Shown here one piece after another: positions 39,087 to 50,696 of a DNA stretch of 64,000 nucleotides. Every line of letters begins with the position of its first letter. Within the stretch, counting starts at the first letter, position 1. The stretch lies in contig CM106585.1 in assembly GCA_048013815.1 (NCBI GenBank), positions 23,374,001 to 23,438,000 on the forward strand, given 5' to 3'. The notes below the pieces were generated by a model, which was not told where the DNA came from, ran no database searches, and worked only from the letters and a program-made list of their open reading frames with translations. The DNA comes from Setoptus koraiensis (lineage: Eukaryota; Animalia; Arthropoda). The position numbers and the translations under genes are program-made.

Positions 39087-40130
39087 TCATGAGCTTTCTT
39101 GAGGTACAACTTCTGCATCGGACAGTCTCTCATCTAAAACCGTCTTGAGCCTTTGGATGAGCTCTTGCTGATTTTTGGGTGCCCCGTTCAGCAGCTTCTT
39201 TTCTCTAGCTACAATAGTAGCGATTTCCTTGTCTTCAGCACAACAAAACATCTCCTCGTAAATCGTTTGCAGGGCCTTGAGAGACTCGTTGTGCATCACC
39301 AAATCTCTGACCCTATCCTCAAACTTCTTAATAGTAGAATCAGCATGAGCTATCTTTTCATTATATTTAGTTATTGAATCTTTCATCAACACTATCTGGC
39401 CTTTAATGTAATCCCTTGTGTAACTTATGGTGATGATTTTCTTCTCATCACGAGGCCTAAAGCTTGTCTGTGACTTGGTCGGTAAATTCTGATAAACATT
39501 GGAGATAGAGGTCGATTGAAGTCCCTGAATAATTTTCTCTTTCTCCCATCGGTTTCTTTCCTCGTCACTACTATCGGAATCTACAAGCTCATTAAGCTCA
39601 GAATTGGCCTCTGTTTTTCGCTTTTCATTAGTAATTTCAATAACTTCTATAGCTTCTTCATCATCTACATCCATATCACTATCTGGGCTATCACTCGCGT
39701 TTTCATCCTGGATGTTGTGCTCATCTAACTTTTGCTCCTGTTCCTGCTTCCTGCATAATTCATTCAACCTGATTTTATTCTTCTCCCCCCTCAATCTTTT
39801 GGCCAGTCGAAGACTCCTTTTTGTTTTCTTTACTTCGAATGACTCAGAATCTTTGTTATCATCATCGCTGTAGAAACTCAGCTTGACACAGGGCAAAGCA
39901 ATTGATGCATCGATCTGTTTGGACGAACATGGTTTTATTTCCTCAATGCTTTGAATATCAATGGGTAAGGATGTTTCCTCGATTTCTGAATGATTATCAA
40001 GGGTAGTCGGTAGGGCAGCTTGTGGAGAATCTCTATCGTCTTCCTCATCTGAGTAATTGATGACTCTCGGTCGAATGTTTCTAGATTTAGATGATTTTTT
40101 GAACATCCTGTGGTTGTATAATACATACAT
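39087..40130 (-). CDS. PAXBP1/GCFC2-like protein, N-terminal part only, 347 aa
   Basis: LSF..DDD....FEVKK..RS.R...L and E..RWEKE.I..G match PAXBP1/GCFC2 N-terminal blocks, followed by a coiled coil. No GCFC domain present. Confidence 0.62.
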   Translation of the reverse strand: MYVLYNHRMFKKSSKSRNIRPRVINYSDEEDDRDSPQAALPTTLDNHSEIEETSLPIDIQSIEEIKPCSSKQIDASIALPCVKLSFYSDDDNKDSESFEVKKTKRSLRLAKRLRGEKNKIRLNELCRKQEQEQKLDEHNIQDENASDSPDSDMDVDDEEAIEVIEITNEKRKTEANSELNELVDSDSSDEERNRWEKEKIIQGLQSTSISNVYQNLPTKSQTSFRPRDEKKIITISYTRDYIKGQIVLMKDSITKYNEKIAHADSTIKKFEDRVRDLVMHNESLKALQTIYEEMFCCAEDKEIATIVAREKKLLNGAPKNQQELIQRLKTVLDERLSDAEVVPQESS

Positions 40131-40506
40131 TTAAGGTTCAAGATACAAACTTGTAAAACTTGTGATGTCTGTACATGTGTAATCATGATCATCTGTTTTG
40201 TGGGAATGTTCCCGCCGATCACATGTGAAGCTCAATAATGAGCAAAACTGCGCGAATATTCGTCTTTCAGAATTGCTATTGTCATTGAGACTCAATTTCA
40301 GTGACGGTGAAATTTCAGATTATCGTAACATGGATATTGTTGGAAAGGTATAAGCAATTCTTATCTCATATTAATCCCAACCGATTTGAACGGATAGTAG
40401 ATGAATTAAGAGAGAAATTATTGTCAACTGGAAGGGCCGCTATTCAATTTCTATTGAAATCTACTAATTTTCGAAGAGTGCTAAAAAACAACACCTACCT
40501 GCAATA

Positions 40507-41813
40507 ATGGCTATGAATATTATAAAAACTGGATGGAAACCTACGTTAATTCTTGCAGCCACCGGTCTAACATCTTTCAATACTTACTACCTTTTGAATC
40601 TAAAAGTGGATCAAGATCAATTGAAAAATGAACAGCTACTTCAGAAAAAAATGATACCACCACTCGTTGTTGAAAAGGAAAGTATTTTCGAGAAGAAAAT
40701 TTACGATCAGATGAATATGTTAAGTAGAAGACTTGCAGAGCTGGACAATCGAATCAAAAATGTTCAAGAGGACAGAGAAGAGAAACGAAATAACTCCAGC
40801 CAGCAAATAATTGCTTCCTCAACAGATAGTGCAGAGCTCACCCTGTTCCTCAGATCCCAGATTGATGCTTATCAGTCTAACCTCAAGGAGAATCTACAGA
40901 AGCAGAAAGACAACCTTGACAGAGAACATGCTATGGATCTTGAAGATAGGATCAGGAGGGTCGAAAATAGATACAAGCCAATTGTAAATAAAATAGATGA
41001 AATCGAATCATCCGTGGAGCGACAAAGTAAAGGTATTTATGAGATATGAAATAAATCTTTCCTAATTCAAGCGAACGTTCTCTAACCTTAAGATATCTTT
41101 TCTTTAAAACATATTCGAATAAATTATTCCCTACATGCAAAATATCAGTTAGCAAAGATATATTCGAAAAAGAGCTCCCATCAAGATTATTGTGGTTAGC
41201 ATGTCAGGATTTGATGCATCAACTAAAACACAATATCACAGACCCAAAATGTAGTATCCCGCTGGAGCAGGCGCCTTCATATGCTACTATAAAAGAGCTT
41301 GCTGACAACAGGAATCCTTTGGCACGTACTGTTTTCAACAGCATACCAAAGAGGGCAATTAGTGAGGGTGTTTGTTCCGAAGATATATTGCTCAATCGAT
41401 TCAAGAAAGTCGATAAAATATGCCAGCGTGTGGCTATGATCGGTGATGGAGGTGGAGACTTGGTGCAACATCTAGTATCTTACTTGCAGTCATTGTTCTT
41501 ATTAGATAGTGATATAAAAATTTCGCAAGAAGAGCTGTCTGGTCAACAGTTGGTAGATCCCTCTCGTTGGGATACGTTCACAATCTTGGCTAGAGTAAGA
41601 TATTGTTTAGCAACAAACAATCTTGAGCAAGCCCTTAGATATGCAAATCAGCTGAGAGGTCAAGCTAGAATAGTTGCCAGAGATTGGATGAATGACGCTC
41701 GAACTCATTTAGAAACTAAACAAGCTCTTAGTATTCTCGCAACACAAGCAGAGGCCACTGCGTTGGATATGTTATATCAAAGCTCATCAAAAGCTAGGGG
41801 TCAGGAAATCTAG
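40507..41813 (+). CDS. IMMT: MICOS subunit MIC60 (mitofilin), ~396 aa
   Basis: join(40507..41032[or 41026],41149..41813). N-terminal TM, coiled coil, LWLACQ.L, L..RF..V...C.RVA, S.L.SL.L and mitofilin motif L.RVRYCL...NLEQA.RY.NQL.G.AR.VA.DW...AR..LET.Q. Confidence 0.88.
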
Positions 41814-42118
41814 ACATAAAATAAATGAAAATTCGAGGCCAGATTCCCTCTTCGGTACGTCTCGATTAATTGAAGTTTATTTGATCCAATGAGTGATTAC
41901 AAAACCGCATCCTCTTGGAGAAGATGACTTCGTCCCGATGAAGACATTGCAAGCGCATCTATTCTATCTGTGTCACTTCTTTGCTGGATTTACACATTTT
42001 TAGGCAGTAGAAAACCTAAAATGAATCAAATTTGTGCAGAATTTTACTTTATTTGCGCAAGGAACAAAGCTAGTAATTCTCCTATTTGTGAGAGGCTTTA
42101 TTTTACTGAATACATACA

Positions 42119-43732
42119 TCAAACTTTGATATTTTTTACTATACGATAAAGTTCGTCGAATTTATGAACTTGACGCATAAAGTAATCGCCATATCGCCTT
42201 GCCACCTTGGTATCGGCGATATGTATCATGTCTCTATCAATGTAAAAGTCGACATCAGATCCAGACATGAGTTCACCATCTAAAGCGGAAACTGATTCTT
42301 TCTGACAAACCATGTTTTGTTTCTTATGTTTGAAGCATAACAGGTTTTCTTCTAACTTGTCAGCTTCGATATCCAAGAATCCGGCAAGTTTCTGGATTGA
42401 CATGGTTTTGTAGAGCTTCAGGTAACTTCTGATAATGAGAAGCGGAAGCTGCTGTGTTACTTCCTCTAGAAACACTCTCAGCTGCTGCCTTAATGGTTCG
42501 GCTTTATTAGAAGCGTTCGTAGCCTCGATGGCTGCCTCTTGATCCAGTGGTATGGGTGCTGGCGATAAAAATTTGGGACAAGCGTATCTGAACTGGGTTT
42601 CGAACTCGTTAATATCGCCTCGCTGAAGTTTCAGTGTCATCTCACTGTATTTTTCCTGCATATGAACGGTGACACTCTCATCGATACGCTGAGGGTGCAA
42701 TACTAGACACATACACAAGAGTATGTACATTTGATCGGTCTGCTTGTCCATTAGCTCAACTTGAAAAGTTCTGTGCTGATGTATCTGTTTAGTTCGTTGG
42801 AGATATACAAGCAGATTGGTGAATGTCCTTATAGCATCGGAGTATCTCTTCATCATCATGTAGGCGAAACCGACATAATAATATGTTGTTATCTGGCAAG
42901 CTAATACTCTAACGAATGGCATGTTGCGCATGATTTGCCGATTTAAATCGATATTTTCCAAGACCTTTATTGCTTGGTGATAATCTCCTAGAAGAGAATG
43001 CAACCTCAATAGACCTATAAGAGAATAGTATCCCAACATTCTATACAGGGTGCGATTGCCATAAACGCCACCAACCTGATCTGGATTCCTGCCTGCATTC
43101 GATTCTTTTAGCTGCTCTGTTATGCAAGATTTGTCGATCAGCGAATGCAGGACATTCAAAACCGAGTGGACATTCCAAACCCTTTGAGCTTCAATAATCT
43201 CTTCTGCTGTTGGTTGAGGTTGGCCTTTAGTATTGCGCATTCGAAGCATACTACAAGATTGAAATTGATAGATGAACTCATCAATGATATCCCACATCCA
43301 TTGATGGGGCAATTCCAATGCCAGAGGGGTAGGCGCCGACACAATTTGATTGAATAGGTGACAATAGTTGTAGTAAGAGTCGCATCGATCGGTTGTAGTT
43401 GGCTGGCACTTGGCGTAAAGATGTCTGTAATAGAGCTCACGATACAAAGTTGTAAACACTTCGGTTCCCTGTACCAACTCTCCAACTTGAACTGAATCAG
43501 GCCATGGCTCGTCCTTATAATAGAAAGAAGACAGCTCCGTAAAGGTATTCTCATACAAATTTTGGAGCTCCATGACGTTCGAGTTTTCCAGAGCCGTTCT
43601 TAGTCTTAATAAGAATGCACAAACTGGATCAGGGATTTGATCCTGGTAACTCTGACCACCATTTCTATCGTAATATCCATCCTGATCATATGGGGCATAC
43701 TGGTCATTATCATCGTATTGATCGTAATACAT
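42119..43732 (-). CDS. EIF3L: eukaryotic translation initiation factor 3 subunit L, 537 aa, intronless
   Basis: LY.ELYYRHLY, LELP.QW.WDIIDEFIYQFQS, LGY.SLIGLLRLH.LLGDY, .ACPKF, DFYID.DMIHIADTKV.RRYGD.F.R. ATG at 43732. Confidence 0.96.
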   Translation of the reverse strand: MYYDQYDDNDQYAPYDQDGYYDRNGGQSYQDQIPDPVCAFLLRLRTALENSNVMELQNLYENTFTELSSFYYKDEPWPDSVQVGELVQGTEVFTTLYRELYYRHLYAKCQPTTTDRCDSYYNYCHLFNQIVSAPTPLALELPHQWMWDIIDEFIYQFQSCSMLRMRNTKGQPQPTAEEIIEAQRVWNVHSVLNVLHSLIDKSCITEQLKESNAGRNPDQVGGVYGNRTLYRMLGYYSLIGLLRLHSLLGDYHQAIKVLENIDLNRQIMRNMPFVRVLACQITTYYYVGFAYMMMKRYSDAIRTFTNLLVYLQRTKQIHQHRTFQVELMDKQTDQMYILLCMCLVLHPQRIDESVTVHMQEKYSEMTLKLQRGDINEFETQFRYACPKFLSPAPIPLDQEAAIEATNASNKAEPLRQQLRVFLEEVTQQLPLLIIRSYLKLYKTMSIQKLAGFLDIEADKLEENLLCFKHKKQNMVCQKESVSALDGELMSGSDVDFYIDRDMIHIADTKVARRYGDYFMRQVHKFDELYRIVKNIKV

Positions 43733-44790
43733 TTTAGACTGCTTAGATTCTATTACGAATAGTAATTCCAAATGCTGATGTAAATTTTATAGGTCACACA
43801 ATAAATAAAAATACGAATGTTTTAATCGGTAATTAGGTATGAACGGTATGTCGGAATATTCAAAATGATATTCTGGGAGATCAATGTATGGTGCTGTTGT
43901 CACGCTTACTATCTGTAAGCGCAGAGAAGGCGCAACGAATTGAACGGAGCCGGCAAAAAATGACTTGTTCTCGGTCCGGACTCGTCAAGTGTAGAAAGAT
44001 TGCCTTGTTTGAACCAACATTTATATTCGATGTTGAGAGCTTACTCTGGTCAAAAATGGTAAAAAAGCTAAAAATTTATACTTATTGTAATCTTTAAAGG
44101 TTTTTTTCTCATATCATCCATAGCAGTAGTCTGTGTCAGATCTATTGGTGCATCATCGTCTACATTGTTAGAAATCTAAGAAAAACCGGAAAGATGCACC
44201 CATTTTGAAAAGGGCAAGCGAACATGGCTCCCCCTGGTTTCTAATTTAAAAGTTGGCTATTGCAAACTTTGCAGTACGCCGCGTCAGGCCAACCTTTTGA
44301 CTTACAAGTTGTGAGTCCGAAAGGTAAATATCGGTTATCTGGTATCATGCTACCAGCAGGAGCTACCACACTTGTAATAGTATTCATGCCATGCCAAGTT
44401 GAGTCTGTCTATCTATTCCGACGATCTATTTGCTAAAGAAACTAACGTATTCATTTTGGTCAACTAGTTCAGGTTGTGTAGCAATGTTGTGCTTGGAATC
44501 GTGCTAGTCGAAATTCACAAGGCAATTCAATTAGATTGAAAGCAAGAGTTGGACCCGCAATCCACTTCAGAGATGACAGTTACTCTGCAAGGATCTCGGC
44601 TCGACCTCAAAGTTGCGCAAGAAGCACTCAAGTATTTGCACAGTTTTCAAATCTCATTGAAGTTCTATTGACTTCAACTCCAAAATCATTGTGGAAAAAC
44701 AGATGATAAAAACAACACATTTACTTATATAAGCATCGATTGCATTGACTATCAGGAGAATTAGACAACTCCCGAAATAAAACCATCAAC

Positions 44791-45495
44791 ATGGCCCTTA
44801 AATTGTACGGGTCGCACATACCATTAACTAATTTACAAAAGATACTACTTACTGTTGGATCAAGCGTTGCGGCTATAATAGATCCTTACCGTCATGATCT
44901 GGTGGCGGATTGCGGAGAGTTAACGGGATATTATGCATTGAAGCAGATCAGAAATAGAATGCAATCTGATTCTGAAGGAAAAGAAATCATTAGTGAGAAA
45001 CCAAGATTGAATTCAAAGACCGTGGACTTTGATAGGCTACGAAGACTACCTGCAAATACATTTGGGAATCACTACTCGCGCTTCTACACAGATAATAATG
45101 TCTCACCAGACACGAGAAGGATTGTGCAATTCGTGGACGACCCTGAACTAGCATATGTAATGCAGAGGTATCGTGAGATTCACGACATAACACACACGAT
45201 ACTAGATATGCCAACAACCATCCGAGGAGAGATAATAGTCAAAGCATTTGAGGGAGTTCAAACAAGATTACCGATGTGTATCCTCGGAAGCATAGTGGGG
45301 CCGCTACGTTTATCTGCAACTGACAGACTAAAATATTTTAGAAGTGATTTGAATTGGGCCACCTCGTGCGGACAAGAGTCTAAATTCCTGATGAATGTAT
45401 ATTTTGAAAAAAGATTTGAACAAGATATAGAAGAACTACGCCAGGAGTTAGGAATAGAGCTCCTCCCAGAGAAAATCAGTAACAACAATGTTTAA
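44791..45495 (+). CDS. COQ4: ubiquinone biosynthesis protein COQ4, 234 aa
   Basis: LY..HIP....QK, DP.R.D.VA..GE.TG, RYRE.HD..H...(x11)E metal motif, LPMC, N.Y.E..FE..IEELR.ELGI. Confidence 0.95.
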   Translation: MALKLYGSHIPLTNLQKILLTVGSSVAAIIDPYRHDLVADCGELTGYYALKQIRNRMQSDSEGKEIISEKPRLNSKTVDFDRLRRLPANTFGNHYSRFYTDNNVSPDTRRIVQFVDDPELAYVMQRYREIHDITHTILDMPTTIRGEIIVKAFEGVQTRLPMCILGSIVGPLRLSATDRLKYFRSDLNWATSCGQESKFLMNVYFEKRFEQDIEELRQELGIELLPEKISNNNV

Positions 45496-45633
45496 ATTAA
45501 TAGAACGAATAGATAGTGTAATAGAGTATGAACAGTAGCGGTTATTGCAAAATGACAGTTAGCCTTTCATTTATTTGACATATCGTACTTCTGTTTGGCA
45601 TCTGACATTAGCTTGTGGCTCTCGCAAATACGT
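45266..45633. repeat. direct repeat, left copy (368 bp)
   Basis: Matches 50697..51063 with 3 substitutions and one 1-bp indel by manual alignment. Confidence 0.97.
45567..45633 (-). pseudogene. remnant of the IPPK 3' end (ICESHKLMSDAKQKYDMSNK*)
   Basis: Copy of 50997..51063 inside the left repeat; homology to IPPK stops at 45633. Confidence 0.9.
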
Positions 45634-45671
45634 ATCAAAACGTATTAAACGTATTATTCTAGTGAAATAAG

Positions 45672-48547
45672 TTAGTTGACTACAATTACTGACACGCTGT
45701 CACTGACTTGCTGGACCTTGGAGAGGCCAAGTGAACTCATGAACTGGCCTTTAGATATCCTGTAGGGTTTCAGTGAACTCATGACCATCGAGTCCACAGT
45801 ATCTGTGTCATGCATCAATTGCTGTCTAAAACTTTGTCGAAACTTTTCTACAAGAGTCGACTCTTGTTGACAAACAAAACTAGTGTCTTGATATCTGTTA
45901 TTGAGATCTTGCAATCTATTCATATCATCACTAACCGATTTGACTCTGTATAAAGCAGTCCTTCTATTTTTCTTTGCCATCCCTAAAGTGTTCATGTAAG
46001 TGAGTTTAGTACGACTGGAGGTGCGGTCTAACCCTTCAATCTCAGACAGATCGTTGCGGCGTAGACTGGTACCTATTTTCAGCTGCAGGTCATAACCCCT
46101 TGTTGTCGCCATTGCGTTGAAGATTCGTTTTGTTCGTTCTGGTAAATCATCGAAACATATTTCTTCGACGGGACATCTCAGTTCTTTCTGTCTCCTGACA
46201 CATAAATCAGCTTGAAGGTTGTTTTTGGCTCTGATTGATAGAAGGCCTACGTTAGCTAAATATTCCGACTTCTCTTCACTCAAATCATTCTCTAGGGGAA
46301 GTTGATTAGAAATAACTGTTGAGTACTCATAGTCTTCGGGCATGCCGTCCTGAGTTAGAGAATTCTCAGAGTCCATTTCATCAAATTCATCTAAGAGCAA
46401 TTCCTTCGATTTCGTATCTGATTTCTCTGATAGTGTGACGGGTTCCTGGCAAATTTTATCAAATCTTCTTTTACGTCTCTTCTCCACCATAGTATCTATC
46501 TTTGACATAATTCGTTTAGGCCTGTTGATGAAGATATCTTCAGGATCTGCCAAAGAATTCTGGAAAGAATGCTGGTTCTCGAAATGGGATCTTTGAAAGT
46601 CTGCGTGATTGCTAGGAAACGGCCATTCATCGATTAAATTACCATCTTTTGTATACGATCTGTCATTATCAAGATATATTTCTTTCTGATTTTCGACACT
46701 AGATTGATTCATCCACTCTGATACCTTACTGATATGAGATAAATCATCACAATTGACCATTGACTTCTGGATTGATACCAAAGAACTCCTGTTATCTTCA
46801 ACTCGATCGACATCATTGGTATAATCTTGGTAACAATAGTTCTGATACATGGGTGGTTGAGACGCAGCGACTTCTTTATTGTGGTTGGCTATATGTTTCA
46901 ATAAATGTGTGGAGATGGATCTATCTGATGTTAAGCTTGAGCTCAAAGCTGGTTGCTGCATTATGAGATTTTTCACTGACGTTGACATGAAAGTTGATTG
47001 AGCTATTGCTTCATCTGTCAATCTCGGACTTCTGAACTCAGTTTTATCAACAAGTTTGGTGTTGTCCATTAGACTAGATTCATTGAATGACTGGAACGAA
47101 TCTATATTAGACACCAATTGATTCCTTTTCAATGATGGAATGAACATATTTGAGGTAGGTCCCATTTGATTAGTAATTTTGGGTCTATTTAACATATTTG
47201 GGCGCATCTTCTGTGCTGACTGAATAATATTTGATACAGATTTCGGTGGCTGATTAGTAGTTTCCCCAGATTTCGCTTGTAGGAGAGATTGCACTGGTTT
47301 GGATTGTAGTCTAAATCCTCCGTCAGACTTCAATAACGACTGGCCCTCAGCTTCATAGAGACTGTAAATTTGATATTAGGGGAAAGACAGGAAGATGAGC
47401 AAAAATTTTCTAAATTCAGAAATGATTGGGGCTATTCTTCGTTTTCATCAAACTTACTCATTAGTTTCCTCTTGCATTGAACCATTAGGGCAGAGCGAGG
47501 CTGAAGCTGAGACTGGCGTTAAAGTTAATGCAGGATTGTTGAGAACTGCCATCAATTTTATCAAGTCGTTATCAGTTAGCGATTGATTCTTTTGAGGTAT
47601 CCTGAGTGCATTATCTGCAAGATTATCGCCAACTTCAGAACTGACCATGCTAAGTTGTTGTCTCTTGTTTGGTCTGATTTCAACAATCAATATAGTAAGA
47701 GTATTTAAGTTTATATGAGTATTAGATTTGTTGCATTGTAAAAACTTTTGTTATGTAATAGTATTTACATGGCTTACCTGTTGGACTGATTGCTGTTGAG
47801 AGATTTTCGTTGCTTCGGTCGTTTCAACTGCTGCTGGTTTGTTGTGGAACTAGGAGCAAAGTCCCATACTAGTTGCGGCCTGAGATTATTCTGATTTTGG
47901 AATGCATTTGGCACATTAATTCTATTTATATGACTTGTAGATGGTGTCACTGGCTCGTGATTCAAAATTAATGCTGATCTTGGTATAAAATTAGGCTGTT
48001 CAGCTATATTGATAATTTGAGGTCTGGCTAAATTAGTAGCAATATTTGGTAGAAATACGCTACTAGGTGCTCCAATAATAATTGGCTGGTTGAAATTACG
48101 GTTAGTGGATAAGTGTGCAATGGGCGAGTTTATTGTTGTCGCCGATTGGCTGGGACCCGGTGCCAATGTGTAATAAGCGGGCGAGGTAGTTTGGCCAGTA
48201 GGAAATGGATTTAATCCTGCTAAAGTAAATGTGGCTTGTTGTGGTGCATTACTATTATATAGTGTTGTAGGTTGTTGTAATATGATATTGGTAGTATTAG
48301 GTGATTGACTGATTGCAAAATTGTTATTATCAATAATGTTGTTGCCGTTGATAGTATTGTTGTTTGCTGTGATATTGTTGTTACTATTATGACAATTATT
48401 AGTAAATACAGTTGTTGCTGCTTGTGGCACTCCAATAGCTCCTACTAATAAAGATCTACTTTTAGATACGGTGGTAGCGTTACGAGCCGGAGTTTTTTGT
48501 GTTGCAAAACCATTGTTGCACCCCAATGATCTGAAGCTGTCCATCAT
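45672..48547 (-). CDS. uncharacterised 891-aa protein with three [F/Y][L/M]xx[L/V]G[L/M] motifs (tentatively GSE1-like)
   Basis: complement(join(45672..47361,47458..47673,47778..48547)); both phase-2 introns are consistent. N/T/Q-rich N-terminus. C-terminal motifs EEKSEYLANVGL, KLTYMNTLGM and KGQFMSSLGL. Confidence 0.75.
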
Positions 48548-48685
48548 GATTAGCTTATGTTTGCGTTATTGAGCGTAATTCTGTCAGGTCGGTCACGTTG
48601 TTGTAGACGGGCGACGCACGAATAAATATGTAATAATAATAATAATTGTAACAATGTGCAATATTAAGTACTGTAGACGATAAGT

Positions 48686-48711
<26 letters not shown>
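48686..48711. repeat. (TG)13 microsatellite
   Basis: Read directly from sequence. Confidence 0.9.
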
Positions 48712-48716
<5 letters not shown>

Positions 48717-50148
48717 TAACTTTGATATATAATTCAATTATAATAGGTGTTTGTCTGTTTCTAGTAATTTTATCTAGCTATCAAGTGGCGCTAATAGTGG
48801 TGATAGTGATTAAGTACTAGGTAGGTGTTGCTGCAATCATAATTGTTGTTGATAATACAATCTACCTGCTGCTGGCGTTAGCAGTTTGCTGCTACAGTTT
48901 GCTCTGTGGCGATGATAATAAACTCCATAATAATAATAATAATGATAATTCGGATATTTCGGATAATTCGGAGAAAAAGTCCCTTTCAAAGAGAGTTCAA
49001 CAGAGCATGATGCACACAATACCAATTGGTGCCGATCACACCTAATTTGCTAGTTGCGTCCCAGTGCCCAAATTAAATTGATAAATACTGGTATTTTCCC
49101 ATTTGTGGTGTGAATTAATATTAGTGGCCCGTTAAATTGGCTATGATACATGCAAGCGGTGTAAAAGACAAATAAATGCAACAACAAGACAACAATTGTT
49201 TGAATATCAACTGTAAATTGCGTGGCTGTACTGCTGCCGCTGCTGGTGCGTTAGTACGGTGTGCAGTAAATGGCTGGTTGGTAGTTGCAGTAGTTGAGCA
49301 GCAGCAGCGGCGCTGTTGCGATGCTGTTGCAGCCAGTGATACAACAAGTACCCATACGATTACATAACGACAACAACAACAACAATAACAAACGCAACAC
49401 ACAGCAAACGAACTGTGTGTGTGTGTGCCTGTATCCTGGCTGTGTGCTGTCGAATGAGCGACAGTAGAACTATCGAACGAAGCAGCATCGCCTGTGTCGG
49501 ACGTTGTGTGCGTTGTATCAGTGTGTGTGTATAACTCACGACCAACCGAACAGACTGCGAGCACACAGTGCAACCGCCTCTGCACACGCTCAGCGCCACG
49601 CTTGCGCAACTTGTTGTGATCACTTGGCGACTTGCGGGGCGCGCAGTGCCCAACTTTAAGTTGGCCACCGCCAGCGAACACACATGAGTGGCGCCGAACT
49701 ACGCCGCTCCCTTCTGGCAGCGGCGGCCAGATTTACTCGCTGTGACCATCGGATGTCGGCGGCGGCGCGCATGCCTCTCGCCATACTGAACGAACTCCAG
49801 CTCGGACCACAGTTCTCCTCTAGTGCTCACACGCCATCGAATTTCCCGGCCAAACGCACTCTCTCCCCTTCTTTGTTTGTAACGCCACACTGTTGCGTGG
49901 GGGCGCTAGGTACACACGCCGCTATCGGTACAGTGTGAGTGAGAGCGTTCCATTATGGAACTTCCATAGCGCACCAGGGCCACTAGAGCACGATGCGAGA
50001 TGCGCACTTTGGGGCGCCAAGTTTGAACGCATTCCCTCTTTTCGCGCCTCACGCCAGATGGAGTGGGACGCGTCCGTTTTGTTTAAATCATTTTCTCCAA
50101 TTTGGAGACTCCAAATGACGCATGCAGTTCTAGTGTAATCAGAACATA

Positions 50149-50449
50149 CTTTTTGGATCTCAAGTCTTTCTTCATTCTTGGATCTACCATCTTATATTTG
50201 CCTCTGTTTGGTTTGTTCGGGGGAGTCCCTTCCTACCAACGACTAAACTGACCTAATTTGTTGTATTCGTTCTTTTTGGGTTATATCTTCATTAGAAGTG
50301 ATTGATTCAACCTTCTTTCTCAATTTATCCATTTTCCTGAGAGCGCGCTTCTTCTTCCGGGCTTTTGCTTGGATTACTTTTTTAATTGGTTTGTAATCAA
50401 TCTTTTTTAGTTTCTGCTTGTACTCGTTAACAAGCTCTTGGCTCACAGG
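50149..50449 (-). pseudogene. frameshifted fragment of the SPB1/FTSJ3 rRNA methyltransferase C-terminus
   Basis: PVSQELVNEYKQKLKKIDYKPIKKVIQAKARKKKRALRKMDKLRKK...QIRSV*, then VVGRKG in a second frame and RGKYKMVDPRMKKDLR in a third. These follow the Spb1_C motif order. No methyltransferase domain nearby. Confidence 0.82.
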
Positions 50450-50696
50450 AAAACAAACATTGCCATAGCGGGGGCGACTTCTCGCAAGGCCCCACTAAGC
50501 CAATGTTTGTTGCCAATCCCGTTCTGGCACGACAACGAGCTTGCATAATCTGGCCCGCATCTTGCTTGTCCGTAAATAACGTAATGTAGCAGACCGAGCG
50601 CTAACTGGAGCGAGTAACGTGACATGCAGCGCACAATCTAAAATCTAAAAAAATCCAAAATCTTATCTCTACAGGCGCAATTGCATCTATTGTTGT

